Of a DNA stretch of 64,000 nt, positions 36,837-48,575 are shown piece by piece (the stretch's first letter is position 1; every line of letters begins with the position of its first letter). The stretch covers positions 23,808,001 to 23,872,000 of the forward strand of contig CM114271.1 of assembly GCA_050084515.1 (NCBI GenBank), in the 5' to 3' direction. The notes under the pieces were generated by a model. That model did no database searches and was not told the DNA's origin. It saw only the letters and a list, made by a program, of their open reading frames with translations. A program made the translations under genes and the position numbers. The DNA comes from Blasia pusilla. Lineage: Eukaryota.

Positions 36837-39800
36837 GAGTCACACGATGGAACTTGTAGTAGGTTGACGTCTGAGTGTTCAGCGGTTGGTGACTCAAAAC
36901 TTAGAAAAGTAGTAAACACTATCCTCGGGAATGACTTAGCCATTGCACTCAAAATATCAGATTCTGACGACTCTAAACGTTATTCAACAAACAAATGTGT
37001 AAATGCACAGAAAAATGATACGTCTCAAGCTCCACCTGGAGCTCCAGTGTCTACAAAGCCTGCGGCTTTGGCAAGAAGTACATCGCTGAAGAAAGCTGCT
37101 AGCCACAATATGAAGGGAGAACGAACACTGACATCTCTGGGACACGTAGAGTCATCGCGTCGCAGGCTTCTATGGGAAATGTGACCGAGAAAAAACACGA
37201 AATGGATCCCACGTAGAACAATATCAACGACAGTTGGAGACTCCAGTAGTTTGGACGCTTCTCCGGAAATTTTAGCTGTAAAACCTTCAAAGAAAAAGAA
37301 CCATAATAACCCCTCCCTAGCATATGGAACATCTCTAGATAGTACTGGCCCAGAGATCTTGTCCTTGGTAAGACTCAATCGGCATCTTTTCTATCATGGG
37401 TTTCACACAGACTTTGATCATGCCAGAAGAGAGTTGAGATTTCTAGTGGGTGGTGGTTCCATAAAGTCGAGCATGGAGATTAAACCTCTTTGGAAACCAT
37501 TAGGGAAATGAGTTCGGAAATTAGATCTTTGGATTCTAGCACCTGGGGGAGCTTGAAGTGATAGTCATTTTCATTCATATCTTAATCGAAACTTCACTTC
37601 CTATTCATTCCCTTGTAATCATCTTCTATCAATTGTATTATGAAGTGTAAGGGTTTTGCCCTTGCATCCCTTCAGCACACGAGAGGTGCAGTAGTAAATA
37701 GAATGTTACTAGTCCGAGAGTTGAGGACTTTTATTTTCATGTTGTGTTTCATTTTCTCCTACAACCTTGCATCGCCTTTGTATTTCTGTATGATTCTTTT
37801 GATTCTGATGAAAGAAATGTCTGATGCAGACTCGACCCTGATCTGGTAAAATCATGTTGCTTTTTGAACCGCACGAGGTCCTGCTTTTTTGCCCTGCTTA
37901 TCGAAACTCTAGCAACTTGAAAAGTTTTAGCATCAGACCAAGGTGTGGAAATTTTCTCCACGCAGCCAGTGATTACTTTGCTTTGGGCCTATGGACATGT
38001 AAGAATGAAGATAGTTTGGCCACAATGGAGGCTGCAATTTTGGAGCACTTACAAGAGAGGAATCTTCCCCCGGTTGGGTTCACTTTGGTTCGTGCAAATG
38101 AGAGTCTATGTGGAGGTCGAGCGGCTATATTCAAACTATTGAACTATTTTGACGAGGCAAAAAGACGTTGGCTGGATTTGGATAGTTAGCAACAGATTTA
38201 TTTTTTTTGACGTGGTTGGAAACGAGAACCACCACAATAGTGTCCAGCATTTTGTGAAGGTGCCAAAATGGAAGGCATCATCGTCAAAGGATAGTTTTCT
38301 CATGACAGTGTTGACACATTATGTCGAACTGCTGCGGCTCAACATATCCAACGGCCACTTCGAGACTCCGTGGAAGTTCATTTGACAATGCAATTTGCCC
38401 TCTTATTGTAGGAAGGTAATGTGAATTTCTACCCAGTGTGAACTAGTCTTAACCAATCTTACACGTGTAAATTTGGGATTGTTCCTAATACTGAAATGTT
38501 TCGCAGAGCCTAGTGATTACCGACCCTACTATGAACCAAAGGAGCCTGCTGCGAGTCAAAATGTTGGACATCGATCTTCAGGCACAAAGGTAAGCACTGG
38601 CACTGTGATAGTTCAGTGAATGAATATTTCGTGATAGAACTATAGTTCTAATTCTCTCTTTGAGAGGCTAATATCTTACATTGGTTAGTGGATGGGTGAA
38701 ATCCCCTAGGCCTCTTCTTATCCTCGAAATTGACGGAATTATTTTCCAAATTATCGACAGGGTTAGCAAACCGTATCCCCTTGGTCTTAGGGGAAACAAT
38801 GCCTTCATGTCGGGAGATGGACGGGTTGTATTTGTCCTCCCCTACGTCAGAACACTAACTGACATGATAGAGAGAGAATATGATTATGGGTTTTGGACCA
38901 TGAGGAATAGGGAAGATGCACTTGAAATGCTTGAGAGGCTAGCAGATTCCTGCTATTTGTCTGAATCTTTTGTCAAGAAGGCCAATTTTCTTTTGTCTGT
39001 GCGGGACTACTGTGTTCAAAAGGGACAAAGGGTCTCTCAAAGTATGTGAAAGATGTGCGGTTCTTTTACACTGTTAGAGAGTTTAGAAACTTCTCTTGCC
39101 CAAAGAATATAGTCCTGGTGGACATTCGGATCAATTTCCTCCTTTTGAATGATTCAAATAGCGTTATAGCCCTTCCAAAATTTAATATACTTCCACAACC
39201 CCAAGACGAAAAAAAATCATTGCGAGGCGGGTACTATTCTCTCTTACCTTCTGATAATGAAAGAGAGTTTCCTCGATGGGATGAGTGTGAGCCATTTTAT
39301 TAGTATTGGGTGGATTGGTTTTCCAAAGCCATATTCTACTGGCGGTAATGGTAAACGTCTTCTCCATGCAATCCACGAAAAGCTAAAGTCCTCAGTCTTA
39401 TTCCAGAATGTACCTGGACAGCAGACCCACACAATATGCAAGGAATGTCCAAGAGTGGAGATCACTGCATAAGTCATCTTCGGCACCTTGGATCAGATAT
39501 CAGTGGAAGCTGCGAGGCTGGCATGAAGTATCAATGCCTTCATGTCGGGAGACGGGGGCTCGCTCGTACGCGAAGTGGGAAAATCAGTTTGGTTTCAAGG
39601 ACATTGTTGATAAAAGCGGCTTCGTAGATCTGGAGTCCGTAGCAGGGTAGAGTCAGAAGGGTGGACTGTCATTCGGTGACTACATGGACACCAACATGAG
39701 CTTTGTGGGTTATGTCTCCCTCCCTTATATTTATGAAGTTTTCCCTCATGGTGCCATGCCAGATGACAGCATGGACACTGTGTGGAATGAAGTGATGAAG

Positions 39801-40405
39801 TGGTGCACTTCGAGGGAACCGACAAGGTGTTTATCGTCATCCTCCATGACCATCACTTTGTGCTAAGGGTTGCAGCCAAGTCGATCACTATTGTAGATAC
39901 TTCAGGTTCCCGCCTGGATCGGGAATGTAAGAAGGCGTACCAAATCTTCTTCGACTCCAAGGCGTCTGCTGTGGTGGATAACGTATTCGACTATTCGATC
40001 AAAGGGAATGATCTCCAACAACCACCGGAACAGTGCTTGCTGGTGACCGGGCAAGAAGTTGCCCATTTTTTCCTTGACAAGTACGGCCTGCACGAACTGA
40101 AGCATCGTCTTTTCAGCTACATCATTGAAAAGGCTAAGGACTGGGATGTGGATTTGCGCACTTTGGACGAGGAGTATCAGAAGAATAATTACAATATAGT
40201 CATGTATAGCGGGAATTGTAACCTATTGCAAAGAATGGAAGCTAAGATTGCGAGAACTATAACATATTGCAGAAAGTGGAAGCTAAAGATTGTGAAGCAA
40301 TGTGATTGTCAGGGATATTTTTTAATCATCCCGGATTGGAACTTGAGTTCCAAATCTTATATATTCAATGAGCTTATTTATTGTCATCTAATGATCGTGC
40401 AATGA
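36837..40405 (+). pseudogene. Disrupted multi-exon gene: low-complexity N-terminus, two FCP1/NIF-like (HAD) domains and a Ulp1/C48-like cysteine protease domain
   Basis: NIF-1 (37854-38385): MLLFEPHEVLL..IRPRCGNFLHAASDYFALGLWT..IFKLL..NRFIFFD..N..VPKW..KDSFL..L..YVELL. NIF-2 (38681-39270): PLLILEIDGII..VLPYVRTL..EYDYGFWT..KDVR..KNIVLVD..LLNDSNSVIALPKF..ILSYLL. Ulp1-like (39590-40100): DKVFIVILHDHHFVL..ITIVDTS..LQQPPEQCLLV. Candidate splice sites include AG at 36836, 37829 and 38507 and GT at 38417 and 38590. There are several stops and frameshifts. Confidence 0.65.
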
Positions 40406-40477
40406 ACTTGTTATGTGACATCTGTACACAGTTTCTTATTGTAGAGCTTGCATCCTCAACGTTGCCATCCTCTAGAT

Positions 40478-41077
40478 CAATTGGAATTGTAGCTCCAATA
40501 AGCCTGCTCCTAAGATTCTTTTGTCGGAAAAAAATTGTAGAATCAGAACTTTGGTTCTGATTGTGGTTCTGCCGCGCCCGTGAGAAAGTCATTTGGAGCC
40601 AAACTTGGACTATGTCCAATTCAATCCTAAGATTCAATAGGAATCTTAGGATTCTCCATCTTCGATTGGAACTGTAGTTCCAAATGGCCTAGTCCTTGCA
40701 TCCCAATAGGTTGGCAACATGTAGAATCAGAACCTTAGTTATAATTGTGTCCAAAACTTCCGCGTCCGTTGAAGGTTATTTGGAGGCAAACTTAGTCTCA
40801 ATCCAATTGAATCCTAAGATCCAATTTCGTCGCAGAAGGCACCTGGTAAAGGGAAATCCCTATCCTCGATTGGAACTGTAGTTCCAAATGGCCTGCTCCT
40901 TGCATCCCAATAGGTCGGCAACATGTAGAATCGGAACCTTAATCAGACCTATTGGGATGTAAGGAGCAGGCCATTCGGAACATGTAAAATCAGAACTAAA
41001 GTTCTGATTTTACATGTTCGAAGACCAATTGGGATGTAAGGCTCCTTACACAATCAGAACTAAACTTCTGATTGTGT
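40478..41077. repeat. ~190-200-bp tandem repeat (about 2.5 copies) ending in a cluster of inverted duplications
   Basis: Units begin (c)gattggaactgtagttcc at ~40478, ~40664 and ~40867. 40946-40981 is the reverse complement of 40881-40916 (2 mismatches). 40978-40997 and 41000-41019 form a perfect 20-bp hairpin, and 41048-41077 forms a 12-bp hairpin. Confidence 0.85.
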
Positions 41078-43348
41078 CCACGCTTGGATCATATTTTAAT
41101 GGACTTTGGTTTGATAGGGAAATTTTTAACTTACTATTGAAATTGAAATATTAATTTATAGAATTTCCAAAATTCTTATTGTTAGTTCAAAGTGAGACTC
41201 CCTAAGAAATAAGACCTGATGTTTAAATATTTTTCTTAAAATAATCTTAAGGTAACGTGATCTCCTTGTATTAAATATTTAAGGTGACGTGATGGAATCT
41301 ATATGATTAAAATAGAGTGACTATGCAACAGTAAGAAATACTAGTAAGTTTTTGTCCGTCCAAATTTGACATAAATATCAAAATTTTAAATCAAAACGTA
41401 ATCCCTTCCTAAGAAAAGAGACTTGTGACAAAAATCATAAAACACAAAGAAGATTAAAAGAAAAATCTCATGAGAAGAAAAAGACTCGACCACACACGCG
41501 AAAAAAAGTGGTGAGAGAAAAGAATTGAAGGAAAGAGGTGCCGTTGGGGAGTTGGATCATGAGCTTTAATGGGTACTAGTGTTAAGGAGGGACTAGTGGA
41601 TATCGTGTCATGCACGGGCACTAGTGATAACATCATTGGTACACTCCTTTGTTCTAACTTAGTTGTTCTTGGGGTATGTGTTATAACACCTAAGGCCTAA
41701 AATGCTCCCATAAAATTTAAGAAAACATTCTATTACTACCCATTAAAATTTTTTCCAATGATTTGTTTATATAATTAAAAGAGGATGGGTTCATAAACCT
41801 TCCTCAATGTTGACATATTTAACATTATTTTGTGTATGTCTTTCTTTTTGCTGTAGAATCACCAGTGATTAACACCGGCATTATGCTAGTAATAATAATT
41901 TGAAGATGGGACATGCATAAGTAAAAGTAAAGTCGATATGTGACCGAGCACCATGAACCTGGAGTGAAGTTTCCTTTTTCCAAAAGCAATTTTTTTTATT
42001 GAAGTTTATTATTTTTCCAAAAGTAATGAGTTAGATTTGGCATGTGAGATATCACCCCACCCGTTTCTTTAGTATGACTGCTCACGTAATCCAACCAATC
42101 AGGCAGTAATTATGGACGCTGAGAACGACTTTCTGGAGGATGCATGTGGTGAGAAAATGAAGAGTCCCTCCCCCGGCCCCCTTCCTCTGGCGATGGCGAT
42201 GGCGCTCGATTTCTGGAGCGACTGTGTTGAACTTTGAAGCCGTGAGGAAGCTTGCAGATCTGTCGGATCCGTGAGGGGAATTGGAGGCTTGGAGCCACAG
42301 CTGCGCTCGACCCCTCGCGCGCGAGTTCAAAGCTACACAGATTTCCCCACGCGGGTTTGCCAAATTCGAACATCTCCTTCGCTTTGTTGGGGAGGCACGG
42401 GATCCTCGACGTAAACTCAGCGCACTTCTTCGGATGATGATGACCTTGAAAGAATCGAGAGAGAAAGAACAAACTGCGGCCTCTGGACGGAATGAGTGGC
42501 GGTAGTGTGCAGTAGAAGAGGAATAAACAGAGCTGTAATAAAAGACGCATGTCTAAGATTCCGTGTCTGTTCTAATCTTGTCTTTAATTATAGGAGTTCC
42601 ATCCACCCGATTCCTCTCTCCGCTCCACCTCCCGGCCCTCCGCTCAAGGGCCAAGGCTCATGGAGCAGTTGACTTATCGTGAAATTTGCGGACAGAACAC
42701 GGTCACACGAGAGCAGGTGACAACGCCGGCGAAATAAAAGCGTCGTTGACAACTCGGCAGAACTGCACATGTGCAAGAAGGCCGCTGGGAATAGATGCTC
42801 TGATTCCTGCAAGAAGTACTGGGAAATACTGGGAGGGAGACGGATGAATTTTGGCAATTGAATCTCCAATGATGCTCTGAGTTCTCTTGTTGACCAACTC
42901 TACCGTATCGCCCTTATCCCACGTCACCCTACACCACCTCCCGTTGATATCGCGGGCATCGAATTCACAGGCTACGCCCGGTTTTCCTTGACGACGAAGA
43001 CGCGTCCGTGATCGGCTTCTCCTGGACTCCCGCTGCATGCAATTAGCTATACTTCGTCACCAACCATCGCCAGCTCCCGGGGATCAGGAAGGAAAGAAGG
43101 AATGAGGGAAGGTCATTTATTTACGAACGAGCAGAAGCAAGAGTGATGCGCTCTCCCCATCCGGCGCGGAGAATCCTGTTACGAAAGGTCACGAATACTC
43201 TCAGAAGCATATTCTCACGTTCTACCCCGAAACGTAAACAGTGGGGTTCATGTCACAAAGGCCCCAGTTATGAGGAAGATCTTCCTGTCCCGGATCCTCC
43301 TTACGTGCAGGCGACCGATACATAGTGGTACTCTAATGGGGCAGTTTG

Positions 43349-43733
43349 CCGTCATGCAGCATTGCAGCTGACAAGTTTCACGACAAGTCCAGAACGGGAC
43401 AGTACCGAATGTCCATCGCTAGATACAGCGAGAAACAAGTTCCCCGTCATGCACCACCGCAGCTGACAGGTTTCACGAAACTGTATCCATAGCTAGATAC
43501 AGCGAGAGAAGAAAGTAAAAAAAATGAATAACAATTACACCCTGGCCCTAATAGTTGTTGTTCTGAGGAGCAGGTCGTCCGTTTCCAGATCCTCCTAGCT
43601 TGCAGGCGAGCCACACGCTGCACTGTTCGTTCGTTCTCAGTGAATTCCCAGTCGTCAACATGGCAGCAGTTCACAAGATACTACTGTACCGATCGCCGGC
43701 TCTGAACGAGACGATGTCCATCGCTAGATACAG
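43349..43733 (+). repeat. Local imperfect direct repeats
   Basis: tccat(c/a)gctagatacag occurs at 43412, 43486 and 43717; ccgtcatgca..gcagctgaca.gtttcacga occurs at 43349 and 43444. Confidence 0.75.
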
Positions 43734-45523
43734 TACGGCGGCATACAGTACAGCCACAAATCATCAATAAACGTTCTCTTGAGGTTCTGGAAAGCACGAG
43801 AGAATCCAGAAAAGAGAGAGAGAGAGAGAGACGGGGGCCGAAATCAATGCTTTATCACAGTGACAGCGCATAAGGTGTTGCCAAGTGGTACTGGATAAGG
43901 TGACTGATCTGTTTCGTGACTCACAGAGCATCAATCTTACAAAACGTAACTCACGACTCACGATCCGATGGAAGTTACTCGCCGAGCCAAGTCTGGCTCC
44001 ACAGCTGCGAGTTGGAGTTAGCTTATCTCATCGACAGGAAGGGATCGTGTAATAGGGTTTAGGGTACTGTGGCGAGTTTGGACACCCCATTTGATGTGCT
44101 ACAATTGGTAACTTGTCTCGAAATAGAAAACGGCTTTAGATTCCAGAGCGTCTTCGAATAGTGCAAAAGACACTCCCAAGTAGGTCTAAGTCGGACAAAC
44201 TCACGAAGCGAGACAGGAGAACCCATGTTCGAAGAATCAAAGCCCAAAACAACGCATCTTCGTAGGGCCGTGAGATGTGATTAGAGCTTGCTAGGGCCCA
44301 TGGGCCAAAATCGGAACGTTTCCTCACATTATTTTAGCCCATGGGTGCCTATCGAGCAACTGACCGAAGGGGCTTTATGAAGCACTCGAAGAAGGGACCT
44401 ATTCATGGGTTTCAGACGACCAATGGAGATGGGGGATCTGGCCTTCTCTAGTCTCCGATCGGGAAGCTGCATGGAAAGCTTATATCGCGATCCGTTTCGA
44501 CCGTACGATTGCGGCCTTCGATGAGTCTTTTGTTCGCCCGAAGAACAACATGAGGAGTGAGAAGTGAGGCCCCGCGAGCAAGGGGGACCAGGTGCAGCGG
44601 TTTGAAAAAGTACTTCATATCGACTGCCGTTACTTGTGGAGGAGAAGCGCGGGGATTCTATCACCACTCGCGCTCGGCTCATCCAGATTGCGGTGCCTCT
44701 TGGACGGACGTGTTTCGCCGCGACGACCCACGCTGGGGCCGCGACGACCCACTCTAGGGCCTAACTCTGCGACCATAATCTTTTTTTATTTCATCACCCC
44801 CGGCGAACTCCCACGGTTTCCTCCGGTTGTCAGGACGCGACTTGGTGGAACGGGAATCAATCCCGCGGAGGTATCCCGGCGGACGGGAATCATTCTTTCT
44901 CTGGTGCCCGGCGGATAGTAATCAGTCTGTGGTAACCAGGCGGACGGCAGTCAGTCGCATGCTTTACTGGAATCCGACGGCGGTTTCCAAGTACTTCGGG
45001 GTTAGGAGCAGGCCCCATGCGGATCAAGGTCACAACGACGTGGTGGGCTGTCAGTCAGGGAGGCATTTATTGGTAACAGGATACGGAATGTTCGACTTAT
45101 TCTATTGCCACAAAACGGGCTCACAAAAACCTGGTCGCCTGGCGTCCCGCGAGAGCTCAAATTGACGAACAAGTACGCGGTCCGGGGAGTTTTTCCACGG
45201 GAACCGGTACAATGCCGGTATTTCAGAGATGGAAGCGGTAAAACCAGCTTTCGAACCGGTTTTGAGATTCCTTATACAAAGGAAACCCCATTATCGTCAT
45301 ATTTTTTTCGACCAGTTTTAAATGAAACGGAAAGTCTTGATTTTAACCGGCTACGATTACTCGTAACTTCGGATCTCCGCAATCATTATGAGCCCCCCGC
45401 GTGGTACGGTTGCTGGAACTTTGCTTAATGGGGTAGTTGCCATGTGTTGGGACCCACAGTTACTTGCAGGGAGATTAATTTTCCCTTTTTGATTTTGACT
45501 TTGGAAGCAAATATATTCTGCTC

Positions 45524-45740
45524 CAGTGCTCGGCAAGGATTTTGACGCATACCGGTACTTTTCCGAGAGAAAGATCAAGGTAATCAGCAATTTCACCATT
45601 GTAGCCGGCTTTTTTTAAATTTAACAAAGAAAACCTATTTTTCACGTCGGAAATTTGCCTAAAGTTTCAGATTTGAATCGGAAATCACACATTCTCAACC
45701 GGCTGCTTTTACAAAGAATGCCGGTTCTTGCCGAGCATTG
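45524..45740. mobile_element. hAT-type MITE, 217 bp
   Basis: TIRs are cagtgctcggcaag (45524-45537) and cttgccgagcattg (45727-45740), matching 13/14. The 8-bp flanks ttctgctc and gtctgctc (7/8) fit a hAT TSD. The interior carries several ccgg motifs. Confidence 0.88.
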
Positions 45741-46671
45741 GTCTGCTCTTAGCGTGCACATGAGTCATGGCTTTCTACAAAGGTGTGTTTGGGCTTTATT
45801 TGTTCTATTCTCATTGAATAATGTAGGCACCTGGAGAAAAAATGGAAATTTATTTATTATAATACGGATGGGATGAATGGAAATCCCTTATTCAAGTTGG
45901 TCATGATGATTATGTAATCCCTGTTATGTCTCTTAGGATAGATCGACGAGATTTAGTAGAGCGCCTTCGGAGATATTGGAGGATGACTTCAAGAGGTCGA
46001 GGATGACATGTTGAGGACACGGATAGCCTGAGAGAGCATGTTTCCCTTCATTTCGGCTCATTTGGAGCCATATTGAAGAACTTAGTATTCGGGTAAGTTA
46101 TCATTTTCGTATAGTTGCCTTTCCACTTTGGGACGTGGCCCTTGACCCGCTATAGGAGGTCAAGAGCCAAGGAGGTGACCTGCGAGCATAGGTTACCGTG
46201 GAGATGGCTTGGGAGAGCGAAGGGGATATGCCTCCAAGAGAGAGAGCTTGAGAGCTCATTCTCTCTTTGTTGAACCTCTTGGCATGAGGCGGCGGAGCTA
46301 TGGTCCTCCTCCAAGCCTATCATTAGGAGAGTGGGTTTGGTTTGACATGAATGAGAGTAGAGTAGAGTAGATTTTTAGTCCACGGGAAGCTGATCTGGCT
46401 TATGGGACCCCTTCCACATATGTGAAATTGACATCGCATCCGACATGGCACCTTCACATCTAGATTTGGGATTCTCACTCAGGAGATTTGGTTTTTGGTT
46501 TTTTTTTGGTTTTTTTTTGGTGAAGGCATGGAATTTTATCCAGATTTTTAACCTAGAAGCATAGTCAAGGCACACACATGAAAGACACACAAGGCGTTCT
46601 CTCTCTCGAACATGGACCATCCATGCCCTAGGTAGGGGACCCCACTGCCCTCGGGTTGAGACCGCCCCCCA

Positions 46672-46752
46672 TTGTCCAAGGGGAGAGTTGAACCCAAGAC
46701 CTCTTCAAGAGGACCTTATGTTTGTTCAGCTAACCTCTTGGTCATCTACCGC
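46672..46752 (-). mobile_element. Possible tRNA-derived SINE head
   Basis: The minus strand reads gcggtagaTGACCAAGAGGttag...gaggtcttgGGTTCAACTCtccc, with A-box-like and B-box-like motifs at Pol III-like spacing. It does not fold as a proper cloverleaf. Confidence 0.4.
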
Positions 46753-47987
46753 TTGATTGATTGAGTGATTGAGAGAGAGAGAGAGAGAGAGCACTCATTA
46801 CATAGTGCCTGTCGTAGCCTTGCGACCATAGACCTCGTGCCCTGGTTAGACGGTGCTTGAGACTAGGATAGGTATAGAGAGAGAAGCAAGTGAAGAAGGT
46901 ACCATATGAGAGGAGGGAGAGACTCTCATTTAGTATGACTGCTGACTAAACAACGTGTTTGTGCAGAGCTTCCAAGTGTCAACAAAGAAACTCTTCATCA
47001 CACCATCTAGTTTACCTAATTGGGATCCCCAATAGATATTACTTACCAGTGCAGCAGTTTTGGGCAATGAATCAAGGCTACTGAATATGTTGAACAATTC
47101 TGGTGCTACCAGCTTAGCAATATCAGCATATGCTCTTGCTCTATGTGTTGTGAATTTTGCGCAGGAGACCAAGTAATGACTAGAGGTTTCATCCCCATTG
47201 TCACACAAGGTGCAAGAGTTTAGTTGTGTTCCCATCCTACTTTTCTTATGGTTCAAGGGGATTGCCTCCGTTCTGAACTTGAACTTGAGTCGGGTTCCCA
47301 AGCAAGGGGTCCCTGTGAATGATTCTTCAGTTCTGCCTTCTCAGGATATACTGTCAAAAGAGAGAGGTCAGACATTTTTATGGCTTCCTCCATGTTGTTC
47401 AACTGTGAGTGTTTGCCTACTACTTTGGTTACGGTTATCAACGAATGCTTTCTCATCTTGCTCCCACAGTTCAGCCCTGCTGGGAGCTTGGATGCTTGCA
47501 CAATCTCTTGAACCTTTTTCGTCCAAGATTTGGCCTACTTTACGGGTTTTCTTTGGGTCCAAGTCTTCCCCATCACCTCTTTAGGATAGCGATGGGAGTC
47601 CATTTTCTCTAGCTAACTCCGTCATTTCAACTTGGCGATGTCACGTCTATCCTGCAAGGGCTCCACACCAAGTTCTGATCTCACACCAACTCGGGTTGTT
47701 CGTGAGGAAGTTGACATCATATCTCGAGACGCCTTTAGCTGCACAACTTCAAGCCTATCCCTTTGTTTGGTGTTGGCATCCCACATTGCTGCCCCATATT
47801 CCAGCGAGGGCCGAATGGTATGCAAAATGACAGAGCGCTTTACTTCTGATGTGATGTCCCGGCAGTGTAGGAATCTGGACAGACCGTTCACCTTCTTGTG
47901 GCCTTTCTCAGTAGTCTTCTTAATGTGTGCATTCCACATGCAATCTTCCGAGAATTCTATGCCCATATAAGTGTATGTAGCCACACG
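46753..47987 (-). mobile_element. 3' part of a non-LTR retrotransposon (LINE) ORF2 with a microsatellite tail
   Basis: RT end/thumb: YTYMGIEFSEDCMWNAHIKK..IRPSLEYGAAMW..LEVVQLKASR..VRSELGVEPLQDRR. C-terminal CCHC: CTLCDNGDETSSHYLVSC. The stop is at 46930. The 3' UTR ends in (TC)10 plus TCAA repeats (46753-46790). Stops and a frameshift are present. Confidence 0.88.
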
Positions 47988-48575
47988 CAAGGTTGTATGC
48001 GGACAAAGCGTTAAGGGACTTCTCCCTGTCCGCAGACATATATTCGTCCCTAGGACAGACATGTCCGTGCGGGCTCCATGAGCCCGCGTTGCCCGCGGCT
48101 CTCATCCAGGCCTGTGCTCATCGAGCAATTCGGCCTTTCCCAGCCAAAGCGCATCATGCCTTGCCCCTATTTTTTTGTCAAACCCTTGTCACGGACAAAT
48201 TCGGTCGTGTGGCGCCCTCTCATTCTTCGCTTTAGGCCTAGCCTGCATGCAGGCTCTAGGGCCTGCATACATCCCGCGCGCGAGCTTTGTGGCCCGCGAC
48301 GAAGCCCGCGAGCCCCCGCCCCCGCCCCCGCGCCCGCATAGGAGCTCGCATGCGGACCTGCCATAGCCCGCGTGCCGCCGGTGAGCCTGCAAGCCCTCCG
48401 CCCCCACTCCCGATGGGCTCGTTGTAGCCTTCCATTCCCGTGAACCCCGCGGGGACACGTGGCGGCCTGGGAGTGGTTGGGGCCAAGTCCGAACTTGGCC
48501 CCAACTCCCTCCCCTTCCCCCTTTTTCCCCTTTGGGGTAAAACCCATAAGGGAAGGGCCCACAAGGGGCCCCAAA
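47988..48575 (-). mobile_element. Third copy of the GC-rich hAT-like element (inverted), abutting the LINE break point
   Basis: It starts caaggttgtatgc; 47989-48000 is the exact reverse complement of gcatacaacctt (30488-30499). 48015-48075 aligns to the reverse complements of 30430-30470 and 30892-30935, mostly with transitions. The interior is rich in gcccg. The right border is approximate. Confidence 0.6.

Noticed and set aside
43349-43733. CRISPR-like array
   Set aside because: Eukaryotic context, irregular spacing, only three degenerate repeats and no cas genes.
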